NCBI GenBank assembly: GCA_038823825.1
Contig: JAWBCC010000003.1
Location: forward strand, 90,001 to 122,000
Source of the DNA: Candidatus Hadarchaeales archaeon
GTDB lineage: Archaea; Hadarchaeota; Hadarchaeia; Hadarchaeales; Hadarchaeaceae
DNA: 32,000 bases
Direction: 5' to 3'
This document shows, one piece after another, positions 24,945 through 32,000 of this stretch. Each line of letters opens with the position of its first letter. The first letter of the stretch is position 1. The notes below the pieces were generated by a model that saw only the letters and a program-made list of their open reading frames with translations, was not told the DNA's origin and did not search any database. The position numbers were made by a program, and so were the translations under genes.

Positions 24945-26140
24945 AGTTTCTTTTTCATGGTGAGTTCAATCATTTTTTCAATTTCCATTTTAAGCGGTTC
25001 TGGGAGATCTGTGAGAATATTCGGATTCATAAAACCCTTCACTATGAGAGATCTTGCCTCGTCTTCTGAGAAGCCACGAGACATGAGGTAAAAAATTTGT
25101 TCCTCCGCGATCTTTCCCACCGCCGCCTCATGTGAGAGTTCCGTCCCCTCGACCTCGGCTATAAGTTCCGGAAACGCTCTGATCACAGCACCTTCTGAAA
25201 GTATCAATCCCATGCACTCCAGGTGCCCCCGACTCTCCTTATCTTTCCCGATTAGCAGTCCCCTGGCAGTCATATCAGCCCGGTCGGCCGCAACAGATCT
25301 CGAAATTATTTCACCCCTACTTTTCTTTCCTTCCAAGAGTATCTTTGTCCCAGCGTCTATCTTAGATTCTCCAGAGCCGTAGATTATGGAATTGAAAACA
25401 GCTCTTGACCCATCCCCGCGACAGTAGGCGGTTGGAAACATCTGTAGACTTCTGACAGGCTTCAACGAAACATAGTTGCTCACAAACGTAGCACCATCTT
25501 CGAGCAATACTCCGGTTCTCGGTCTGACAATCAGTTCTTCTCCCCACGCGTGGATCATCGTGAATGTCAGTTTTGCGTTTTCTTTGACGAAAAATTCGGA
25601 AATTCCAACGTGTAGCCCACTGCGAACATTTGGATGCACGGTACAACCGGTTATTATATGTGCTTCCGACCCTGGCTCGGCGAGTATCACATTGTGTACA
25701 TTTTGGTCCAAATTGTTTGTGGAGATGAAAAGACATGCTTGTAGTGGCAGCGTTATTTTTTGATTTTCAAAAATCCTGATGAAATAACCGTTGTCCCATT
25801 CATTTGCTGCCAATCGGGTGTATTCATCCGCTTCTTTGTCGATGATCGACCAGACAAATTTTTCAAGCCATTTATATTTTTTCATGGCATCCCTCACGCT
25901 CATGATTTCAGCCTTTCCTTCGAAAGCTTTCTGGATCCTTGAGAACACAACAGAATGATCTATCTGAAAATACGCCCCGGATCTATCATTCATATCTGGC
26001 CTAACTCCGACCTCTTGCGCTCTTTCAGCTATATCCCTTGGGAGCTCAGAAAGCTGGCAGGGACCCCAAGCCTTAGCTGTTCTCTTAAATTTCCACCCCT
26101 CGCCAATCAACACCTCTTCTCCAGACATTTTTCGCACCAT
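24941..26140 (-). CDS. sufB: SufB-like Fe-S cluster assembly scaffold protein
   Basis: 'AEIMSVRDAMKKYKWLEKFVWSI', 'GLHVGISEFFVKENAKLTFTMIHAW', 'SRSVAADRADMTARGLLIG', 'SHEAAVGKIAEEQIFYLMSRGFSEDEARSLIVKGF'. Confidence 0.92.
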   Translation of the reverse strand: MVRKMSGEEVLIGEGWKFKRTAKAWGPCQLSELPRDIAERAQEVGVRPDMNDRSGAYFQIDHSVVFSRIQKAFEGKAEIMSVRDAMKKYKWLEKFVWSIIDKEADEYTRLAANEWDNGYFIRIFENQKITLPLQACLFISTNNLDQNVHNVILAEPGSEAHIITGCTVHPNVRSGLHVGISEFFVKENAKLTFTMIHAWGEELIVRPRTGVLLEDGATFVSNYVSLKPVRSLQMFPTAYCRGDGSRAVFNSIIYGSGESKIDAGTKILLEGKKSRGEIISRSVAADRADMTARGLLIGKDKESRGHLECMGLILSEGAVIRAFPELIAEVEGTELSHEAAVGKIAEEQIFYLMSRGFSEDEARSLIVKGFMNPNILTDLPEPLKMEIEKMIELTMKKKL

Positions 26141-26817
26141 TTGTATCCGTTTCTCATTATTTGGTTAAAGATCTTCTCAGGATCGCCACTGCAAGCGACG
26201 GTACCATTTATAATAACGTGTGCCCTGTGAACTCTTACATGTTTCAAAATGTGCCCCGTGTGTGTGACAAGTAAACCGCTTCTTTCTTCGAGGAATTCTC
26301 CTATGATCCTACCTATCGCGTGTAAGTTCTCTACGTCGACCCCCGAATCTGGTTCATCAAATATAGCAAACTTCGGATTTTGTGCCATTACCTGCAGGAT
26401 CTCCGAACGCTTGATTTCACCGCCCGAAAATCCTACATTGAGATCGCGTTCTAGAATCTCCTGCGATAGGTTAAGACTTCGCGTCAATCCAAGTATTCTC
26501 TCCTCATTACTCAGTCTGGTTACAATGGTTTTCAGTTTGACACCTTTCACGGCGGGTGGCGACTGATAGGCTACGCCAAGCCCAAGTTTAACGCGTTCAT
26601 TAAGCGGCAGGTTCGTTATATCTCGACCGTCAAAGATTATTCTCCCGCTTACAACTTTGTAAGCTGGGTGACCGAGAATACTCATAATCAGCGAAGACTT
26701 CCCTGAACCATTAGGTCCGAAGATCACATGTACTTCTCCGCTAGGAATTTCTAACTCTACATCGTGAAGTATTTTCCTTCCAGCGATTTCAACTGAAAGT
26801 TTTTCGATCTTCAACAT
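26107..26817 (-). CDS. sufC: SufC-like Fe-S assembly ATPase (start MLKIEKLSVEI; ORF extends upstream)
   Basis: 'MLKIEKLSVEIAGRKILHDVELEIPSGEVHVIFGPNGSGKSSLIMSILG', 'VGFSGGEIKRSEILQVMAQNPKFAIFDEPDSGVDVENL'. Confidence 0.93.
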   Translation of the reverse strand: MLKIEKLSVEIAGRKILHDVELEIPSGEVHVIFGPNGSGKSSLIMSILGHPAYKVVSGRIIFDGRDITNLPLNERVKLGLGVAYQSPPAVKGVKLKTIVTRLSNEERILGLTRSLNLSQEILERDLNVGFSGGEIKRSEILQVMAQNPKFAIFDEPDSGVDVENLHAIGRIIGEFLEERSGLLVTHTGHILKHVRVHRAHVIINGTVACSGDPEKIFNQIMRNGYKWCEKCLEKRC

Positions 26818-26906
26818 GTCCATAAAAACTCTGTCAATTTCGTTTATATGAATGAAGTTTCTTTCTCGAAGCAGAGATATTAACATACGTTGTGTGAACA
26901 TTCATT

Positions 26907-27515
26907 GTGCAGCCAGAGGTTGTTTTCGTCGGCAGGTCGAATGTTGGCAAGTCCAGCCTGATAAGAGCACTTACGGGACTGCAGGTCAGAGTGGGAAGAA
27001 GACCCGGACTCACTAGGAGAATTTTGAGGTATCCTCTTGATGGTCTCTCGATTGTTGATATGCCAGGTTTTGGCTTCATGGCTGGTTTACCCAGAAAAGT
27101 TCAAGAAAAAGTAAAAACGCAAATTGTCAGATATCTGGAGGGGAATAAGGAAAAGATACTCTTTGCCATAGAGGTTCTCGATGTCAGAGCGTTTTTAGAA
27201 ATATGCAAGCGATGGGAGAAAAGAAACCAGATTCCAGTGGATGTTGAGATGTTTTATTTCCTCGATGAGTTGGGTCTTGATCCGATTTTGGCGATCAACA
27301 AAATTGACATCATCCATCCGCTAGATAGAGATTTCATTTTGGATGCTATTTGCGAAAAACTTGGTATGTTGCCTCCTTGGCGGCAATGGCTAGACATAGT
27401 AGTTCCAGTTTCAGCGAGAACTGGCGAGGGCCTAAAGGAGCTTCGAGCTCTTATACTCGATAGGCTCAAAAGAAAGAAAGCGGAACATTTGATAAAGTGT
27501 TTTAAGAAGTTCTGA
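26907..27515 (+). CDS. engB: EngB/YihA-family GTP-binding protein
   Basis: 'VVFVGRSNVGKSSLIRALTG', 'RRPGLTRRILRYPLDGLSIVDMPGFGFMAG', 'LAINKIDII', 'VPVSARTGEGL'. Confidence 0.92.
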   Translation: MQPEVVFVGRSNVGKSSLIRALTGLQVRVGRRPGLTRRILRYPLDGLSIVDMPGFGFMAGLPRKVQEKVKTQIVRYLEGNKEKILFAIEVLDVRAFLEICKRWEKRNQIPVDVEMFYFLDELGLDPILAINKIDIIHPLDRDFILDAICEKLGMLPPWRQWLDIVVPVSARTGEGLKELRALILDRLKRKKAEHLIKCFKKF

Positions 27516-28398
27516 TTTCGGAAAACGCAGGCACTTTAACCATTTTTTCCAGAATCGTGGAAAGATCGAAGGGGAGCTTTTCACCTTTTCTCAAATTCTC
27601 AACTGCGAGAAGGGTTTCCAATCCTATTTTTATCATGTCTTCCTCCAGCTTTGATTTCTTGATATCTTCCTTAAGCTCTATGGGTCCACTCTCTCCGGGC
27701 GATGCGAGAATCGCGAGAATCTCGCCCACGCGAATTTTCCCGGCTCTTTTCATCTGATAGAAATCTCTGAGAATACAGTAGACAGAAAACTCCATTGAGC
27801 TTGCAAGTACTCCCATTTGCTTGTATGAGTCAAGCTTGGGTTTCAAGATCTCGTAGAGAGGAGAGAAATATGGTGTTTCTCTGAAGTATAAGTCATCTTT
27901 AACGTGTGTGATACCAATCCATAGATTTCGCAAAAATTCATAGCCGTACATTTCCGCGGTTCCCACAATTATCGGAACCAGTTCTGGATCGGCAATCGCT
28001 GGAAATTCTGCTCCGACCACGGCTTGGGTGGTTCTCTCATCCCTCACACAACCAGTTGTTATAACAAGATGACCTGGCTTGACAAAGTTTTGAAGTGCGC
28101 CAGCTGTACCGAGTCTTAAAATCGTTAATGGACCTTCTGTCAATTCGATAGCTTCTGGGAGAGTTATCGCAGCACTCGCCGGACCCATACCCGTTGCGAA
28201 AGCAGAAACCATGATTCCCTTGTATTCGCCGTGAACTACGGTCAGACCTCTGTCTCCATCGATTATCTCCGAATTTTTAAGATACTTGCTGATTTTTCTC
28301 ACTCTTCCTGGAGATCCGGCTGTAAGAATATTTGGGTAAAATTTTTCAGACTCGAGGTGATATGCCTTGCCAGTAGGTGTTTTGAAAGTTATCCTCAT
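27502..28398 (-). CDS. Nucleoside phosphorylase (uridine phosphorylase-like); start MRITFKTPTG at 28398
   Basis: 'LTAGSPGRVRKISKYLKNS', 'VVHGEYKGIMVSAFATGMGPASAAITLPEAI', 'ILRLGTAGALQ', 'GVLASSMEFSV'. Confidence 0.85.
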   Translation of the reverse strand: MRITFKTPTGKAYHLESEKFYPNILTAGSPGRVRKISKYLKNSEIIDGDRGLTVVHGEYKGIMVSAFATGMGPASAAITLPEAIELTEGPLTILRLGTAGALQNFVKPGHLVITTGCVRDERTTQAVVGAEFPAIADPELVPIIVGTAEMYGYEFLRNLWIGITHVKDDLYFRETPYFSPLYEILKPKLDSYKQMGVLASSMEFSVYCILRDFYQMKRAGKIRVGEILAILASPGESGPIELKEDIKKSKLEEDMIKIGLETLLAVENLRKGEKLPFDLSTILEKMVKVPAFSEIRTS

Positions 28399-28448
28399 TT
28401 CCTCCTTATAAATTTTGTCTGCAATGTTAATAAACCACAAGAAGTAAG

Positions 28449-28982
28449 ATGTTTGAAGGAATGGGGAAATTAGAAATAACGCTTCTGGTTGGAGATCTAA
28501 CAAAGCAGGAGGCCGACGCGATTACGAATCCTGCCAACAGTTTGATGTTCATGGGCGGGGGTGCAGCCGGAGCTCTGAAAAAAGCAGGAGGAGAAGAGAT
28601 AGAAAAAGAAGCTCGGATGAAGGCGCCCATACCAGTGGGAAAGGCAGTGGCAACGACTGCGGGTAGACTGAAAGCGAAATTTGTCATTCATGCCCCCACG
28701 ATGGAACGTCCTGCCATGCCAACAACTAGAGAAAAGGTCTATCTTGCCACAAAGGCTGCAATAGAATGTGCTGACGAGGTTGGCGCAAAGAGTTTAGTGA
28801 TCCCCGGAATGGGCACAGGAGTGGGTGGTTTATCTTTTGAGGAGGCCGCGGAGGCAATGATTTCCGCTATCAAAGAGATTTCTAAGAAATTAAAAAATCT
28901 TCAAAAAATAATTCTTTGTGACATAAACGAGCAAATGGTCAAAGCTTGGAGAAAGGAACTAGAGCGGCAAGGTTTACTTTGA
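28449..28982 (+). CDS. Macro-domain (ADP-ribose-binding/deacylase) protein
   Basis: 'ITLLVGDLTKQEADAITNPANSLMFMGGGAAGALKKAGG', 'IPVGKAVATTAGRLKAKFVIHAPTM', 'SLVIPGMGTGVGGLSFEEAAEAM'. Confidence 0.92.
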   Translation: MFEGMGKLEITLLVGDLTKQEADAITNPANSLMFMGGGAAGALKKAGGEEIEKEARMKAPIPVGKAVATTAGRLKAKFVIHAPTMERPAMPTTREKVYLATKAAIECADEVGAKSLVIPGMGTGVGGLSFEEAAEAMISAIKEISKKLKNLQKIILCDINEQMVKAWRKELERQGLL

Positions 28983-29663
28983 GAATTCTACAACCTCGAG
29001 CAGATCTGCAATGCTTTTAATCACCGCATCGGGCCCATATTTCTCTAGCAACTCGCGTCGCATCAGCCCAGTCAAGACCGCGACAGTTTTTGCTCCAACC
29101 TTTTTCCCATCTCTGATGTCGTTCCAGTAGTCTCCGACTATTACGCATTCCTGCGGTTTGACGCCTAGCTTTTCAATCGCAATCCTAAAGATTTCTTCCT
29201 TGGAGAAGTGATGTTTTTCATTCAGGTCTTTTATAGCATCCCTGCCCGTCACGATCGTGTCCACAAATTCTCCAAGACCGAGCGAATCTAACTCTAGCTT
29301 TAATCTTTGGGCAGGGAGAATGCAGCTTGTGATGACGGCAATGGGAATTCCCTTTTCCTTAAGTTTTTTGAGAGTTTCTAAACTTCCATTGATCGGTTTG
29401 TTTCCCGCATCCTCCTCTCTGTATCTCTCCAAAAATTTCAGCCAGAACTTGTGCAAGTCTGTTTCAGGTCCGAGTCTTTCTAGAATCACATCATCAAGTG
29501 TGTCGTCGATGTACCTCTTCAGAAACTCGTCCCAGCTGATAGTTTTCCCACCCTCTTGTGCGATGAGTTCGTTGAAGACCACGAAAAACCTAGGAAGAGT
29601 ATCAACGAGAGTCCCATCGGTGTCGAAAATTACAGCCTTAGCTTGGATTTTTTGACTAGACAT
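28974..29663 (-). CDS. HAD-superfamily hydrolase (phosphoglycolate phosphatase-like)
   Basis: 'AVIFDTDGTLVDTLPRFFVVFNELI', 'ITSCILPAQRLKLELDSLGLGEFVDTIVTGRD', 'QECVIVGDYWNDIRDGKKVGAKTVAVLTGL'. Confidence 0.9.
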   Translation of the reverse strand: MSSQKIQAKAVIFDTDGTLVDTLPRFFVVFNELIAQEGGKTISWDEFLKRYIDDTLDDVILERLGPETDLHKFWLKFLERYREEDAGNKPINGSLETLKKLKEKGIPIAVITSCILPAQRLKLELDSLGLGEFVDTIVTGRDAIKDLNEKHHFSKEEIFRIAIEKLGVKPQECVIVGDYWNDIRDGKKVGAKTVAVLTGLMRRELLEKYGPDAVIKSIADLLEVVEFSK

Positions 29664-29769
29664 GACGGGTCCCTTTAATCCTAGTTCTCAACACTTCATG
29701 AAGTTTTAAACTTTTTCATGTCTTGAAAAAGAATAAAAAACAAAGACGCATTAGTCAAAGGGTGAGTTG

Positions 29770-30522
29770 ATGGAAAGAAGAAACGCCATAAATCTGATCT
29801 CAGGTGGGGTAGACTCCGTTACTACTGCCTATTACGTCAACAAAGTTTTGAAGCCAGCCAAGCAGCTTCTCATATTCTGCAACTACGGACAAAGGACATA
29901 TGTTGAGGAGGAGTTTTGCATAAAAAAGATTTCGGAGCTTTTGGGTGTTCCGCTCAAAATAATCGATCTCCGCTGGCTCGGGGAGATAAGCACATCTCTG
30001 CTCACGAAGCCAGACGTGCCTATCCCGGAAACGAAAACAGAAGATCTTTGGGATCCGGACAAAGCAAAACAAAGAATACTACGATGGTGGGACCCATGCA
30101 GGAATGCGATTCTTCTTCTCGTGGGTCTTGCACATGCGGAATCCTTCTATATTTCAAAGGGAGAAAGATATGATGTTTACATTGGAATAAGACGGGAGAC
30201 TCCTGTGAGGATGAAGGATAATACCCCCGAATTCATGGATGAGATGAACAGACTCGCAGAACATGCGACCCATCACGGTGGATATAGACTACTTGCTCCA
30301 CTGATCGAGCATGACAAGGACATGGTCGTGAAGCTAGGCGAGTCTCTTGGAGTTCCTTGGGAATACACGTACAGCTGTTATCAGGGCGGTGGACTTAAAG
30401 ATGTGGGTGGGAGGATTCTGCCCGTCCACTGTGGAATCTGCTCAAATTGCAGAAGAAGGGCCATAGCTTTTAAAGATGCAGGCGTCAAGGATCCAAGCAT
30501 CTACGCAAAACCGCCCATCTAG
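29770..30522 (+). CDS. queC: 7-cyano-7-deazaguanine synthase-like (QueC/ExsB family)
   Basis: 'INLISGGVDSVTTAYYVNKV' PP-loop, 'QLLIFCNYGQRTYVEEEFCIKKI', 'TYSCYQGG...HCGICSNCRRRAIAFKDAGVKDPSIYA'. Confidence 0.88.
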   Translation: MERRNAINLISGGVDSVTTAYYVNKVLKPAKQLLIFCNYGQRTYVEEEFCIKKISELLGVPLKIIDLRWLGEISTSLLTKPDVPIPETKTEDLWDPDKAKQRILRWWDPCRNAILLLVGLAHAESFYISKGERYDVYIGIRRETPVRMKDNTPEFMDEMNRLAEHATHHGGYRLLAPLIEHDKDMVVKLGESLGVPWEYTYSCYQGGGLKDVGGRILPVHCGICSNCRRRAIAFKDAGVKDPSIYAKPPI

Positions 30523-30543
30523 AATCGATTAAACTTAAACATC

Positions 30544-31722
30544 GTGAATGTTTTTCGGGGGATAGATCTGGAAGTCATTGAGATTCGGAAATGGACGGAT
30601 GGTTCAGAAGAGAAAATAAAGAGGTCGCTGGCAGAGAAAAAAATCGTCGCAATACTATGTGATGTTCCACTCGTGGAGGAAATGGAAATAAAGAAAGCTG
30701 ATGATGGGCTTCTTCTCGGTCCTTGTTGTTCATTCTCGCTTATCAACGGCAAGGGCGTGGGAATATGGAACGAGATCAAAAAAGGACCAATTGGGCTTAT
30801 CGGAAGTTCCTCAAGCGGTCTCAGGATGTTGGCTTGCATGCTCTCGGAAGTGGGAATATCACATGCCATACATGTGGGATGGCGGGATTTCTCCCAGGCG
30901 ATCGGAGGTCTCTCAACGATAAAAGCTCTAAAGTTTCTTAAGGAAGATCCCGATACAGAATGTATAGCAGTCATCGGAGTTCTGCCAAACCAGCAAGTTG
31001 TGAAGAGAATAATGAAGGAGACGGAGGGCGATAAACCAGTGCTTTTTCTTTTTCTGGGTTATAAAGCTGAGGAATTGCAGACTCTTGAGAAATTTGCTCA
31101 GAGGGTGGCTCAAATAGTTGGTTGCGAGTTAAAACCTGAGCCATCAGACGAGAAACTTGAAAAGTTTGCGGAAGAAGAAGCCTCCAAGCTTGCATACGGG
31201 CAAAAATACGTAAGGGGCATTTTTTCTGGAAGGTTCGCTTGTGTCGAAGCTCAGCTGATCCTGTCGTGGTTTGGTAAAACGGTTTATTCAAACGTTCCAC
31301 TTAAACCGCGACTCAGGCTTCCGGATCCGACTTCTAGTCAGGGGCATACGTTTGTTGATATTTCCATGCCGGAGCCCAGTCCAGGGGTCAACCCGATTGT
31401 TGATCCAAGCCCCTACGTGGAGAGAATTGTTAGGGAAGCGAAAGATGAGCAGATCGGCGCCTTGGTTTTTGACATTGTTTTGGGTCATGGTGCTCACGAG
31501 GATCCTGCATCAGTCCTCTCTGAGGCGGTCATCAAAGCTCGCAGAGTTTGCGAGTCTACTATGGGATATCTTCCGGTTTTTGCCACCATAGTCGGAACGG
31601 ATAAGGACCCCCAAAATCTAAGCAAGCAGAGGAAGAAATTGGAAGAAACAGAGGTGATTTTGACATCTTCGACATCTAGAGCTATCACATTGGCCGCCAT
31701 GACTGCGGGGTTTCAAAAATGA
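30544..31722 (+). CDS. FdrA-like (acyl-CoA synthetase-like) protein
   Basis: 'GPIGLIGSSSSGLRMLACMLSEVGISHAIHVGWRDFSQAIGGLSTIKALKFLKEDPDTECIAVIG', 'NPIVDPSPYVERIVREAKDEQIGALVFDIVLGHGAHEDPA', 'VFATIVGTDKDPQN'. Confidence 0.75.
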   Translation: MNVFRGIDLEVIEIRKWTDGSEEKIKRSLAEKKIVAILCDVPLVEEMEIKKADDGLLLGPCCSFSLINGKGVGIWNEIKKGPIGLIGSSSSGLRMLACMLSEVGISHAIHVGWRDFSQAIGGLSTIKALKFLKEDPDTECIAVIGVLPNQQVVKRIMKETEGDKPVLFLFLGYKAEELQTLEKFAQRVAQIVGCELKPEPSDEKLEKFAEEEASKLAYGQKYVRGIFSGRFACVEAQLILSWFGKTVYSNVPLKPRLRLPDPTSSQGHTFVDISMPEPSPGVNPIVDPSPYVERIVREAKDEQIGALVFDIVLGHGAHEDPASVLSEAVIKARRVCESTMGYLPVFATIVGTDKDPQNLSKQRKKLEETEVILTSSTSRAITLAAMTAGFQK

Positions 31723-32000
31723 TAGTAAAATTTAAACCGGTGATTTTGCCGGTTATCACAAAATGGGTTGCGGAAAAAATTCTCAAATCCGGCGATGGAG
31801 AGTTAGAGGTCTCTCTCGATCTCGGTTTATCAAAAGCAAAAGTGACTATCTCCGGTGGTTTGGTCAGTCTTCCAACTGGCGATGTTATCAGTTTGAAAGT
31901 TTTAGAAAAATTGGAAGAGGGGGACGTTTACATTGTTCGCGAAAACGAGATTTTCAAGGCAGAGTTTTTTGCCGAAGGTAAGTATTATCGATTGTTTGCT
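31719..32000 (+). CDS. 3'-truncated ORF, unknown function (MIVKFKPVILPVITKWVAEKILKSGDGELEVSLDLGLSKAKVTISGG...)
   Basis: ATG overlaps the stop of the FdrA-like gene (ATGA) and the frame stays open to the window end. It is not in the supplied ORF track, which appears to list closed ORFs only. Confidence 0.7.
   Translation, partial: MIVKFKPVILPVITKWVAEKILKSGDGELEVSLDLGLSKAKVTISGGLVSLPTGDVISLKVLEKLEEGDVYIVRENEIFKAEFFAEGKYYRLFA

Noticed and set aside
1-32000. CRISPR arrays, tRNAs, rRNAs, transposases or integrases.
   Set aside because: I saw no regularly spaced repeats, no tRNA T-arm (GGTTCRAxxC) with matching acceptor stems, and no transposase-like ORFs. A tool-based scan (tRNAscan-SE, CRISPR finder, C/D-box sRNA search) could still find short elements I missed.

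Overview
The window looks like an archaeal, probably thermophilic, chromosome segment. That inference rests on the gene content: NurA/HerA, a DGGGP-synthase-type UbiA prenyltransferase, a primase-like AEP protein, UPF0280, a stand-alone SufB/SufC pair, short or no leaders, and GC-rich intergenic islands in an AT-richer background. From left to right it contains: (1) a type I restriction-modification locus, hsdM (5'-truncated), a wHTH/'GDGNVVVN' protein, hsdS, a HEPN-like protein, hsdR and a YgjP/DUF45 metallopeptidase, in tightly packed or overlapping reading frames; (2) a DtxR-FeoA fusion regulator and feoB, preceded by two TTAGG-N4-CCTAA operator-like sites; (3) a sugar-phosphate isomerase-like TIM barrel protein and endonuclease V on the minus strand; (4) a small zinc-ribbon protein overlapping a primase/polymerase (AEP)-like gene; (5) a GC-rich, highly structured intergenic island upstream of a type IA topoisomerase gene (candidate ncRNA); (6) a sulfur-metabolism cluster (DUF39/HcyBio-CBS, NIL-ferredoxin, UPF0280), an SNase-like nuclease and a DGGGP synthase; (7) nurA-herA with a convergent, overlapping gene for a possible PIN-like protein; (8) a PfkB kinase, a conserved hypothetical, and a second strongly folded GC-rich island immediately upstream of a MoaD/ThiS-like beta-grasp gene that lacks the C-terminal GG; (9) SufB/SufC, EngB, nucleoside phosphorylase, macro domain, HAD phosphatase, QueC, an FdrA-like protein and a truncated ORF. 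I saw no CRISPR array, transposase, rRNA or tRNA. The most interesting items are the nested-stem element at 24523-24666, the structured island at about 13290-13575, the divergent AEP protein (motif II His replaced by Gln), and the RM locus carrying HEPN and wHTH genes of unknown role. Assignments are from motif recognition only; no database search was run.
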